DNA of 63,746 nt, filler included, from Craspedostauros australis (lineage: Eukaryota): assembly GCA_030167865.1 (NCBI GenBank). It is 16 parts of 16 records of this genome, joined end to end, with 100 filler letters (N's around TTAATTAATTAA, not from the genome) between each part and the next. Parts side by side here need not be neighbours in the genome. Positions count along the whole stretch, not along the records: positions 23,755 to 27,857 come from JALAGF010006087.1; positions 27,958 to 30,225 come from JALAGF010006088.1; positions 30,326 to 31,924 come from JALAGF010006089.1; positions 32,025 to 36,748 come from JALAGF010006091.1; positions 36,849 to 45,492 come from JALAGF010006092.1; 11 more parts are not named here. One strand, given 5' to 3'. The notes under the pieces were generated by a model. The model was not told the DNA's origin, made no database searches, and saw only the letters and a program-made list of their open reading frames with translations. Positions 25,500-37,025 of this stretch are shown here, piece by piece. Position 1 is the first letter of the stretch. Each line of letters begins with the position of its first letter. A program made the position numbers and the translations under genes.

Positions 25500-26600
25500 T
25501 GCTGTGGCTGGTGACGCATTGCCTCCAAGGCCTTGGTGCATGGCTTGGACCCACGGAATGAGCTGGGCGGTCTGCTCAGTGTGCGGATGATGCTCCCAAA
25601 GTGGGTGCAGGACTGCAGGGATGGTGTTTGGCAGGCATGTTCGCAGCATCTGAAAATATTGGAGCAGCACAGGCGTCGTGTCATCGGAAGTCTGGGACGC
25701 TTTGACCTTGGTCTGGTCCTGCCATTGCATCAGTGTCGTATGCCACATGAGGTTGGTAACACTGTCCTGCCAATTGTGAAGTAGTCGAGGGCGCGCCTGC
25801 AATGGTGAGGTGCCATGGGAGGTGCTTGCGCACTCCACTGCATTGCCCATCCGCCCTAAATCATGGCCATCCAGCCTACTTTGCTTTGCTGCAGCTGTAT
25901 GGATTTNGTGGGGGAGTCGCGAACGCCGGAGAGACGATGGTGTCAACATGGCTTGGATCCAACACCTGATGTCGAACAGTGTGGACAGGACTATCCACAA
26001 ATGCCCAACGCAACCATCAACCATGTTGTTGATCACAGCATCACTCTCCATCATCATCTCAGTATGAGGATGCATTGAACTGGAATGCCTGTCATGTATG
26101 TCCATGACACAGTTACTTCTACAGAAGGTCAAAACCTCAGAATCCTGGATGGAACCCATCACTCTCTGATNNNNNNNNNNNNNNNNNNNNNNNNNNNNNN
26201 NNNNNNNNNNNNNNNNNNNNCTTTGCTTTGCTGCAGCTGTATGGATTTGGTGGGGGAGTCGCGAACGCCGGAGAGACGATGGTGTCAACATGGCTTGGAT
26301 CCAACACCTGATGTCGAACAGTGTGGACAGGACTATCCACAAATGCCCAACGCAACCATCAACCATGTTGTTGATCACAGCATCACTCTCCATCATCATC
26401 TCAGTATGAGGATGCATTGAACTGGAANGCCTGTCATGTATGTCCATGACACAGTTACTTCTACAGAAGGTCAAAACCTCAGAATCCTGGATGGAACCCA
26501 TCACTCTCTGATCTTCGTGACAGTGGAAAGCTGGCATGCAACTGCTGGCCGATGGAGTGCCAATGAAGTACACAAACAAAGCATCACCGCACATACGACC
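25500..26600 (-). pseudogene. Degenerate non-LTR retrotransposon ORF, C-terminal part
   Basis: Frameshifted motifs QSKVGWMAMI*GGWAMQW and WQDSVTNLMWHTTLMQW resemble the Q..IGW...G....W / W...LI..LW......W..RN pattern seen at the end of diatom LINE-like ORFs. Confidence 0.4.
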
Positions 26601-27957
26601 CGTGTGAGTCAATAGCGGTGCGGTCCAGGCAGGATTCTTTGATTTTGGTCCTTCGATTTAGATGAGACTTGGCACACATACACTTTAACATACTTAGATT
26701 AATAATCCGAGATTGTAGCTTCAGAGAGGCCTTATCTTTATAGTTATGAGGTGATGAAGTTGGGCAGGCTACCTCTAATGGAGCCCACGATCTGTCGTGT
26801 TGTTTTTCTCGAGTTTGAGACTATCTCATGACATTTTGGTTTGTTCACGAGTTCGAGAATCTGTTTTTCGTTGGTCCGAGGCAAAACTTGATGCCAATTG
26901 CCGCACAGACGGGCAGACGACACAATTTCTGGGTGCTCACAACATGATGAACTCGCGGTGTCAACGTGTGAAGCTGTCCCAACTGCTCTTCCCTCGCTCA
27001 TTCTTGATTCATTGCACACAGGATTATGATGGTGAAGGCGGTACTTCGAATGGAGAGGGGATAGTCGAGCTTTAAAGCTTCTGAAAGAGTGAGGCGACGA
27101 TGGAGAATGGGATTGACATCCTCAGTCTCGTGCATTGCCGTGTTGTACTGTGACGAATGTCCTTGTTCGCATGTGTTCGATCTCAGTCGTCCAATTCAAC
27201 CCTTGTCGAAGAAATCGTCCCAAGTCTTTGAAGGAAGTCATTTATGAAGTATCGAAGTACATGTAGTCTTCTGGGTGGCAGTGAGTAAGCTGGAGAAGAA
27301 GCAATGGTGGAACCCCTTTAGTCAACATAAATTCAAAGCGGGAGAAGCCATTTTAAATATTGGCTCGCTTAACTCTCATTAACGTTACTCATGTTGGATG
27401 GCAACGATCTACGCAATTTCGTCTACTGAGAAATGTGAACGTTTGAAATTCAAATTTGAAATTATCCGTTGGTACTCGTATTTTATCATTGACATTCGTC
27501 AAACGTCATCATCAGTATTCCTTGTCCAATCACTTCGTCTCATTATCATGACGTATGTATGCGGGTACACGGACAGACAGTATCTGGTTCTCGCAAAGCA
27601 TTCGAACTCAACAAATTCAATCGCATCGTTCGGTGAGAGGCGTTGGGTGGACCAACAGATTCGTCCCACCGACACCGTCAACAATAGAAACTGAACAACA
27701 ACGCAATTGCATCCAGCACAGCAAGTCAACCAGGGCCACAGGTCAACATGATCATCAACAACGACTCCATTGCGGCCATCGACGATATGGTCAGTGTGTG
27801 CTTAGCAGAATGACACTGCGTAGTTCAGTATTGACAGCATCGTCGATGGCCATGAGANNNNNNNNNNNNNNNNNNNNNNNNNNNNNNNNNNNNNNNNNNN
27901 NTTAATTAATTAANNNNNNNNNNNNNNNNNNNNNNNNNNNNNNNNNNNNNNNNNNNN

Positions 27958-30225
27958 TCCTCGCAGGGATTGAGCGTTCCTGTGACGTTCCATCCATAGT
28001 GTCTCGCCGTCCTGGAGATCGTGTAAGAGTCAACGTGGCCTAGCATCTTATGCAACTTATTCACATCCATGGGCTTCTTTGTGTCGAATCCGATGTTCGC
28101 CATCTCTTCGTCTTTGGGGACTGGAACCATGTTCACACCCAACACAAAGCCACTGTGCGTTGCCATGATCCGGTCAAACCGGATGCGCTGTCCNNNCTTC
28201 TCCAATGCGATGATGACACCTTTGTTACTGATGTCGAACCCATTCTGGAGTGCTTTACCGATGCTGAGGAGATTCACCCAGAGCTTTGGCACGTACCTCA
28301 CTCCCTTCAGGATGATGATGGCGCTCTTGCCATCCTTCTGCAACACTTTCATGCGTAAATCTCCGACCTTGGTGGCACGCAAGAATTTACCGCTTCCGAC
28401 CTTCACCGAAAAATTAGAGAGGCGCACATTAGTCATGCCCTCATCGTTATTCGTGAGGTGGCATGATGCACCTGTGTCGCCCAACCATGTGTTTGCTTCA
28501 TGCTGGTCTGGCGCGATGAGCTTGCTGCTGCTGCTGCTCCCCTCGAGATCCCCGACCACCATGGCCAAGTCATAGCCTCGAGTAGCCATCGCGATGTGGT
28601 CCGCCATCTCCAGTCGGTATTGCGNNNNNNNNNNNNNNNNNNNNNNNNNNNNNNNNNNNNNNNNNNNNNNNNNNGCGTAAATCTCCGACCTTGGTGGCAC
28701 GCAAGAATTTACCGCTTCCGACCTTCACCGAAAAATTAGAGAGGCGCACATTAGTCATCCCCTCATCGTTATTCGTGAGGTGGCATGATGCACCTGTGTC
28801 GCCCAACCATGTGTTTGCTTCATGTTGGTCTGGCGCGATGAGCTTGCGGCTGCTGCTGCTCGCCTCGAGATCCCCGACCACCATGGCCAAGTCATAGCCT
28901 CGAGTAGCCATCGCGATGTGGTCCGCCATCTCCAGTCGGTATTGCGGACTCCCCACACGGGGTCCCTTCTTTGGCAACTCGCGACATTCTATTCCGTCGC
29001 GTACTTCGGTGTCTTCCCAGTTGTACATCCACATGAGTCGCTGAGCTGACATTTTGCTCATTCTCGCGATCAGGTGATTTGGGAGGAGTGGAAGTTGCCT
29101 TTCTTCAAGTAGCTCATTAACCATCACGAGCTTGCATGACACATCGAACATTCCGTTTATCCCGATTTGCGTGAGCATGTAGTAGAGCTCACGAGCGCCC
29201 ATACACTGTGCTCCTGCGTCGATGGTCGCCTTTCTCACGTCGTAGCATAGAAGTGCCACATTGAAGCGCACATCGTTCGCCTCCAATNCGTTGGATAGGG
29301 AGACCCTNANGGCGTCCTCCACTGATCCGAATCGACCAAGGATCTCGCGACGGCGAGCAATCTCGGCTTCAGTGCTCGGTGGGAAAGTGTCATCTCCCCA
29401 GAGGGTGCGGATCTTGAATGGATTATACTCGGTGCAATCCGTGCACCATGAGTACATCGCTCCGCGAGTGAGACAGAGTGGGCACCATGCGTCCATTCTG
29501 CTTCTCTCACATGCGCGGTCGATCTCTTCACGCAAGAAGCGATCGATGGGGTTACCAGTGCGAGCCACTGTCGTTCCTCTCCCATGCGCAGTCGGCGCGT
29601 CGTCGAAGTCCATTCCAGGCATCGCGATCTCTTCATTGTCCGCGATGATCTCGTCGATGACGTCGTACTCAATCAGGTCTTCACTCATGAGCTCGAGGAT
29701 ATCGACCTTGCTGTCGTTGGTTGGCGATTCGGCTCTCGCAGCCGGAGGGAATGTTCCCATGAACTCCACGATGTCGTCCTCGTCGTCGCTATCGATCACA
29801 ATCTCGTTATGATCGTTGATTTCGACGAAGTCTCCGTCCGCGATGATGAGCGCCATATCATCCATCGCGTCGTCGCCATCCATTGCCACATTGGCACTTT
29901 CGGCGTCTTTCATCGCTGCTTTCAGCTTAAAGCATTGAAGGATCTTGTGCCCTGCCTTTCCGCAGTAGTTGCACTTGCCGTCGAACTGCACCTTCTTGAG
30001 TCCGCCTTTGGCGTTGGTGTTGTGGCCTTGTTTCTTGGCACCACCGCCTCTCTTGTTGTTGTTGCCTCCCTTGGCTGGCGCACGACAGTCCGCCTTCTTG
30101 TGCCCGTAGGCGCCACAGTTGCGACAGTTTCCCTTGAACTGGCCAACTCCAATCAGTGCGAACTCTTCGCTACCGTTGTTGCCTGCGCGCTTATAACCAT
30201 GTTTGAGATGGTGGCGGTCGTAGGT
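27958..30225 (-). mobile_element. Ty1/copia gag-pol fragment: two CCHC knuckles, extra domain, aspartic protease, pre-integrase
   Basis: CRNCGAYGHKKADC, CNYCGKAGHKILQC, WLGDTGASCH, VRYVPKLWVNLLSI, LHKMLGH; ~250 nt duplicated across the N gap. Confidence 0.92.
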
Positions 30226-30325
30226 NNNNNNNNNNNNNNNNNNNNNNNNNNNNNNNNNNNNNNNNNNNNTTAATTAATTAANNNNNNNNNNNNNNNNNNN
30301 NNNNNNNNNNNNNNNNNNNNNNNNN

Positions 30326-30652
30326 GGCGAGTACTCATGGAGTAGGAGCCAGTACTGAATGAACGGAGTGTCGAATACGGAGTACGTATCGAACACGGAG
30401 TATCGTGCGTGACGAGCACACGATGTTGAGAGAGAGAGAGAATACAGAAGAGGAGCGAGAGAGCATCTCGCGTACCGACTCATAGTCGGAGACTGAATCT
30501 ACGAAACAGATTGAAGCACCGAGAGCATCGGGCGAAAGAACGGCGTACACCGAGAGCATCGGAGTAGCCAAGTAATGAAATAGCAAACAGACGACTATCA
30601 ACCAACACCATCTTCCACGATCGTAGGTTACCGTGAGCGGAACTTGCCAACA
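30326..30652 (+). mobile_element. LTR family 1, partial, probably a 5' LTR
   Basis: Ends ...gaacttgccaaca at the same base as three other copies that have different flanks; followed by an ORF at 30735. Confidence 0.8.
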
Positions 30653-30734
30653 CGTTTATAAACGATAGATCAGGGCGAGCCCGCGGCTCGGATCGTGCGA
30701 GGAAGACGAACATCATTCAATAGCAACAAGCTGA

Positions 30735-30923
30735 ATGAGCGAAGAAGAGGAATTGAGAGACATCCCTCTGTCCCAACTGGCTATCAAGCAAGAAGAAGGT
30801 GCGAGTGAGACTCCACCACCAGAAGAGAAAGGAGTAGCAGCGGCTACTGTCCTATCAGGCGCAGACGCAAGCGCGATCGACGAGACCGAAGAAGAACGGT
30901 CTGCAAGGCTACACCGCGAGAAG
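30735..30923 (+). CDS. Start of an ORF just downstream of the LTR (putative gag), truncated by a gap
   Basis: ATG 83 nt after the LTR end; charged sequence; no diagnostic motif. Confidence 0.4.
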
Positions 30924-30973
30924 NNNNNNNNNNNNNNNNNNNNNNNNNNNNNNNNNNNNNNNNNNNNNNNNNN

Positions 30974-31301
30974 GGCGAGTACTCATGGAGTAGGAGCCAG
31001 TACTGAATGAACGGAGTGTCGAATACGGAGTACGTATCGAACACGGAGTATCGTGCGTGACGAGCACACGATGTTGAGAGAGAGAGAGAATACAGAAGAG
31101 GAGCGAGAGAGCATCTCGCGTACCGACTCATAGTCGGAGACTGAATCTACGAAACAGATTGAAGNNNNNNNNNNNNNNNNNNNNNNNNNNNNNNNNNNNN
31201 NNNNNNNNNNNNNNNNCCAAGTAATGAAATAGCAAACAGACGACTATCAACCAACACCATCTTCCACGATCGTAGGTTACCGTGAGCGGAACTTGCCAAC
31301 A
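30974..31301 (+). mobile_element. LTR family 1, probable 3' LTR abutting transposase copy D
   Basis: Matches 30326-30652; after ...gccaaca the sequence switches to ccagtgtgctgtttgtctg, which matches 14501 onward. Confidence 0.82.
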
Positions 31302-31711
31302 CCAGTGTGCTGTTTGTCTGTGGGGACGTGAGGCTGTTCGTTGTTGGCAGTGGCGGTGTCATTGGCAGCGGCATCTGTCACACAAGTGATGTCACGAATA
31401 TCAGTTGTGATGCTTGGAGTGTCATTGGTGACTGAAGAGATGCCTTTGGTTCCGGTGCTCTTCTTACGGAGCTTGTGCTTGTTAGTACGTGCTCGGGTTG
31501 ATTGGGATCGTTTCGTTGTTTTCTTCTCCTCCTCATTGGGCGTGAGCGCGAATTGAGCCGAGTGCAGTGGGTCGTCACACTCCATCTGCATGTGAGAGGC
31601 AGTGAATTCCCATTTGACGAAGACAACAAGAAGTTCCAACGCGTACAACAGAGACTCGGCTGTGCGCAGATGTTGGGAAATCACGTCATTCTCGTCCTCG
31701 GCATTGTTTGT
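31302..31711 (-). pseudogene. Internal fragment of the Sola-like transposase (copy D), close relative of copy A
   Basis: AEDENDVISQHLRTAESLLYALELLVVFVKWEFTASHMQMECDDPLHSAQFALTPNE nearly identical to 14501-14890. Confidence 0.9.
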
Positions 31712-32026
31712 GATAATCAGCAATTACACACAGGACAAGAGGAGAGCACCAAACACTGCACTTACGACGCCGCCTGGGTGATCAATCCAATAGGTGAAGT
31801 TGGAGATGTTTGGTGTATTTGGTTGCTAAGTTATTGGTGTGTCAATTGATGATTGAGTTTGAATTATGAGATGATGATCTCCTATTTCTAATGATGGTGC
31901 CTATTGCACGGTTGCTAACGTGCTNNNNNNNNNNNNNNNNNNNNNNNNNNNNNNNNNNNNNNNNNNNNTTAATTAATTAANNNNNNNNNNNNNNNNNNNN
32001 NNNNNNNNNNNNNNNNNNNNNNNNAT

Positions 32027-33907
32027 GCTTCTGAGAATACCAATCGCGACAGCAACGGACGCGTCGATAGCAGCCCTGGCTTGGACCTGCAACAGGATGC
32101 AACGGATCCAAATCAAAAGGCTCCGATCATGGCGACGCTGGCGCCTTGCGTTGATCAGGTTCGGGAAGGTCTCAAGGACGAAATCACGCAAGAGCTTCGA
32201 ATCCAACAACAGAGTGCGAGGGTGTCGTACGATTACACTCACCTTCAAACTGCCATCGTGGTGGCGAGCGACGGGAAGGCCGTGGATATGGAGAACACCA
32301 TGCTCGCCGACGGACGAAGTGAAAACCTCCACGAGAACAACGACGAGTCAGACAGCAATGCTGCAGTCGCTCAACGCAAGCGCCGGCAATTGCAGATGGT
32401 GGCAATTGCCATCTGTTTACTCAGCACAATCGGAATTGTCGTAGCTGTCATCCTTGCCACAGGCGCGGGCACAGATGCTGGTAATGGCAGTGCCGTCGGA
32501 GACAACGAAACAGACGACCAGGTGGGATTTAGCAACACTTCATCTCCAACCATCATGCCAACACTCTCTCCGACACCCTCCCCGACACCCTCTCCGACCT
32601 TCTCCCCGACACCCTCCCCGACCTCCCCCCCGACAACTAAAATATCATCTTTTCCGACTCTGTCAACGGACATGGACCTTCTCGTCAGCATCATCGGTCC
32701 TGCCTTGATGGGGCCGCCTTCCTTCACCAACGCAACGGTATTCATGGACAAAGAATCAGACGAATATCAAACCGTGCTGTGGATGTCAACCTCCGATCAA
32801 CGGACTGCGGAGTTGATACTGCGGAACGACCCTTCTGACGCCGCGCACCTGCTGGAACGCTACATCGTCTCCAAGATGTACCTCGCAATGAATGGATTCG
32901 CGTGGAGAAACCAGCCCAACTTCCTCACCGACATGGACATCTGCCTGTGGAACCAAGTGGAACCCCAAGAATATGGTATTTTCTGCGATCCGGAAGGCTT
33001 TGTCCAATCCATCATGTTCATCGACAACAACATGGAAGGCACCATCCCTTTGGACTTCTACCAATTGTCCAATCTACAGAATGTATGCTTCAGCGTCAAC
33101 TTCAAAATCACTGGGACGATTTCGTCGTACATCGGCAACTTGCGCAATCTGGCTACTTTCCAAGCCCACTCGACCAGCCTCAGTGGATCAATCCCAACAG
33201 AAATTGGATTGCTGGTGGACCTGATGCAACTGTACCTACCCTCCACACGACTCTCTGGGGAAATCCCGTCAGAGCTCGGGCGCCTCACGGCGCTGACCCA
33301 GCTTGACCTCTTCGAAACTCAGATCTCCGGCACGATCCCAACTGAACTGGGGAATTGCACGAGCATGGTCATTTTGGGAATGCATGACATGCCAAAGCTG
33401 AACGGGACTTTACCATCCGAACTGGGGAGGATGACGAGGCTGGCCAACGTCTTCTTCACAAACACGGGCCTGAGCGGAACAGTTCCCTCGTCTTTCGCCC
33501 AGATGTTCAACCTGTTCCAATTCCACATTGAAAGATCCAGGATCACTGGCAACCTGGATCCGATCTTTTGCAGTGACAACACGGTCCCGGCAGACATGTG
33601 GAGCGACTGCAGACCGGATCTTGTCAATGGTAACCCAGCCCGTGTGGCATGCAGCTGTTGCGCAGTCTGTTGCAGCGACGGCCAGGCATGCGAGAGGCGA
33701 ATACCGCAACACGCCGAATGCAACAGAAATTGCGTCGCCTGCGATACTTTTGGCAAAGGTGTCTATGCGTCGACCTGCGAATCGTGTCCGTCCTTCCATG
33801 ATCCCGACACGAACGAGACTGTGCATCAGTGCTCCGGCTCGTGCCAATGGAATTCAACAGAGGGCGTTTGCCAGACCAGAACAACCGGATTCTACGATGG
33901 TGATTGA
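32027..33907 (+). CDS. Leucine-rich repeat receptor-like protein (TM helix, P/T/S stalk, LRRs, Cys-rich tail); 5'-truncated
   Basis: TM VAIAICLLSTIGIVVAVIL; (SPTP)n stalk; LLERY...W.....FL....C.W cap; repeated LSGxIPxELGxL; frame open from the scaffold start. Confidence 0.92.
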   Translation, partial: ASENTNRDSNGRVDSSPGLDLQQDATDPNQKAPIMATLAPCVDQVREGLKDEITQELRIQQQSARVSYDYTHLQTAIVVASDGKAVDMENTMLADGRSENLHENNDESDSNAAVAQRKRRQLQMVAIAICLLSTIGIVVAVILATGAGTDAGNGSAVGDNETDDQVGFSNTSSPTIMPTLSPTPSPTPSPTFSPTPSPTSPPTTKISSFPTLSTDMDLLVSIIGPALMGPPSFTNATVFMDKESDEYQTVLWMSTSDQRTAELILRNDPSDAAHLLERYIVSKMYLAMNGFAWRNQPNFLTDMDICLWNQVEPQEYGIFCDPEGFVQSIMFIDNNMEGTIPLDFYQLSNLQNVCFSVNFKITGTISSYIGNLRNLATFQAHSTSLSGSIPTEIGLLVDLMQLYLPSTRLSGEIPSELGRLTALTQLDLFETQISGTIPTELGNCTSMVILGMHDMPKLNGTLPSELGRMTRLANVFFTNTGLSGTVPSSFAQMFNLFQFHIERSRITGNLDPIFCSDNTVPADMWSDCRPDLVNGNPARVACSCCAVCCSDGQACERRIPQHAECNRNCVACDTFGKGVYASTCESCPSFHDPDTNETVHQCSGSCQWNSTEGVCQTRTTGFYDGD

Positions 33908-36900
33908 GGAAACACATCAGAGGAGCCCCCATCCCGTCCCGTCACAAATGAAACTGCGCGAAGAGTTGATGGGACAGCAGCTCTCATGGAAGGTACCTAC
34001 ATTCCACATGCACGAACGGAGTTATGCGTACCTGCGCTCATCCCCGATGTAGCTACGAGTAGAAAGTAATATTGGTATGGTGCGCGTACACACACACACA
34101 CACACACACACACCCTATCCGAAATAGAGAACCCACAATGTTAGTAGAGGACAGTCAGAACGCTTTCGTGGAGGTTGTTGCCAATGGAGGTGTTTGCGAG
34201 ACTCATAATGGAGGTGGTAAGGGTCATAATTTCATAATATCCACAAGGATTTTTCGTCGCACAAAAGTCGAAAAGTTGCGTCAGGACGCAACAGTCTCAG
34301 AAAATTTCGATTTCTTGCGTCAGGACGCAAACTGAGAATTAGCGTGGGAAATTAACACGATGAAAAAAATGCATCGACTAGTTGGACTGATGGACTCGAA
34401 AAGATCCTCCTCTTGTGCGGACTTCCTTCGTGTTATTTTCTGAGCTTGTTTCTCGTGTTGTTTTCGCGTAGTGTTCAGTGTTCTCTAGATCAAGCACATA
34501 CTCTAGAGGATGCTGCCATTTGCAGTGATCATGAGGATGCCAACTCTAGTTTGTTGGTACCATATTAGTAATAGCACTACCACAACAGCATAGACGTTGT
34601 GTTTTGTTTAGCTAGCCAGTGTCTTCATGTCTACTCGACTACGTGCATTTCTTCGTGTATCGATAGGACCTGCGGTTCTTTCCGTGCCTACTTCACATTG
34701 AGCAGTTCCTCTCCAGGCATCTTCACATGGAATCAGTGTCTAATTCATTCATTGTGAGGTGAGATGTGCATCTTGGTTTGTNTTTGCATCTATTTTGCGT
34801 CCTGTTCCGTTGGGTCCAANCTCATTGCATGATCCAATCGAATCAAGATCGCCATCCGTGTGCTTATCTTTCAAGCAAAGATTGCTTGCTACATTGAGAA
34901 ACATGAATGTGTTAGTACTATCATGAATAAGAAGATGTACATATGTGATAGCAGGANGGCAATCGGATTCACCCAGATTCTGGCCGCACGCATGACCGCC
35001 GCGAATGCAGTTGCTTTCCCACACATTTGTTTCTGCCAACCAAAGGGATCTCACTTGACAACAGTGCAGGTACATACTGGCAAACACCATCTGCTTCTAT
35101 TGTTTGTATGCCTCATGTGGTCTTAGAATTGAACTCTGCACAGGAAGACCATCCATGCCTTCGTTGGTGCAAANNNNNNNNNNNNNNNNNNNNNNNNNNN
35201 NNNNNNNNNNNNNNNNNNNNNNNTTGAGCAGTTCCTCTCCAGGCATCTTCACATGGAATCAGTGTCTAATTCATTCATTGTGAGGTGAGATGTGCATCTT
35301 GGTTTGTATTTGCATCTATTTTGCGTCCTGTTCCGTTGGGTCCAATCTCATTGCATGATCCAATCGAATCAAGATCGCCATCCGTGTGCTTATCTTTCAA
35401 GCAAAGATTGCTTGCTACATTGAGAAACATGAATGTGTTAGTACTATCATGAATAAGAAGATGTACATATGTGATAGCAGGATGGCAATCGGATTCACCC
35501 AGATTCTGGCCGCACGCATGACCGCCGCGAATGCAGTTGCTTTCCCACACATTTGTTTCTGCCAACCAAAGGGATCTCACTTGACAACAGTGCAGGTACA
35601 TACTGGCAAACACCATCTGCTTCTATTGTTTGTATGCCTCATGTGGTCTTAGAATTGAACTCTGCACAGGAAGACCATCCATGCCTTCGTTGGTGCAAAA
35701 TCTTGCGTGAGATTCTGTTTTGCGGCGGGGATGCGCCAAGTGTTGGAAGTCCAAACCCGGTAAGCACAAGCTTAAGGACAATTGACAGAGCATAACATTT
35801 TATTTGAAGCGATGTGGAATGAAAGAGAGCCTTGTACTTTCATGAAAACCAAGATTGTTGATGATCAATGTGCGGAGGCGAATTGTCGTGCAGAAGGCAT
35901 GCACTATGTGCCCCAAACAGCACCACAGATAACACAGAGCTGATGGGTGAGCGGAAGTACTCTTTTAACTGAGAAGGAGCGAAAATAGGCAGCAAAGATG
36001 GCAAAGAGAATGGTAGTTTCACAACAGGAAGGAGGACAACGGAGCCGGATGCGAAATATCTGGCTGCTTTCCTCCTCTACGCAAGCAAGAGAGTATGGAA
36101 GAGGCGAAGAATGTGATTTACAACACATAGAATCACTAATGTATGGATTGCAACATTGAGAGAGTTGTTTCGATACTATTGTTGCTGGAAGTGGAGCGCA
36201 AATAAGATTTACATCCGTCAGTACAAAACAACACGGTAAAGCACACAGTATTTGTCCAAAAGCACAGGCGACAAATGACGATATTGGACGATTTGTGGAG
36301 CGAGTGTTCGAGTGAGTCATAATATTTTGCGCTCCGTGTTTTAACACGGAGCGAGTCGATCAAGACCTTGAAATGAAAAGTCTAATCGGATTTCTGGGAT
36401 TTACAAACAAATCACATATTAACAATACTCGTCATCTCTTTATGCATAATGGAACCTTTCAGATTGTAGTTAGTTTCATTTTAAGTTTTATGGATCAATC
36501 AATGTGTTTAGTCTAGTCGCGTGAATCCAACAGCACAAAATTTGTTTGTTTCTGCCGAAGGTTCGATGATGTTCTCACGTATTTATCGTCTGGTGATCAG
36601 TCACGAACTTGCTTCCGAAGGTCTCAGTCGTTTGGTACACGTTAATTACACGTTAGCATGTGGCGCATGATTCCACATTCTGCTCGTCACAAAACACGTG
36701 ACACAAAACACATCACACAAAACACATCATCCCCATCATTTTGCAAAANNNNNNNNNNNNNNNNNNNNNNNNNNNNNNNNNNNNNNNNNNNNTTAATTAA
36801 TTAANNNNNNNNNNNNNNNNNNNNNNNNNNNNNNNNNNNNNNNNNNNNCCCCCTGACAAACAGGCACATCGAACATGGCAGATTCTCTGGTCATGAGCTT

Positions 36901-37025
36901 CCACGTTGACAGATACCCAGTCACGATGTTGGTGAGAGGTCAAGTACAACACTAGCTTCCACGGGAAGCGTGGGATACTTGGTGATCTGGAGTGCTTTCG
37001 TTTGGGACAATGCTAGAGATGATCG

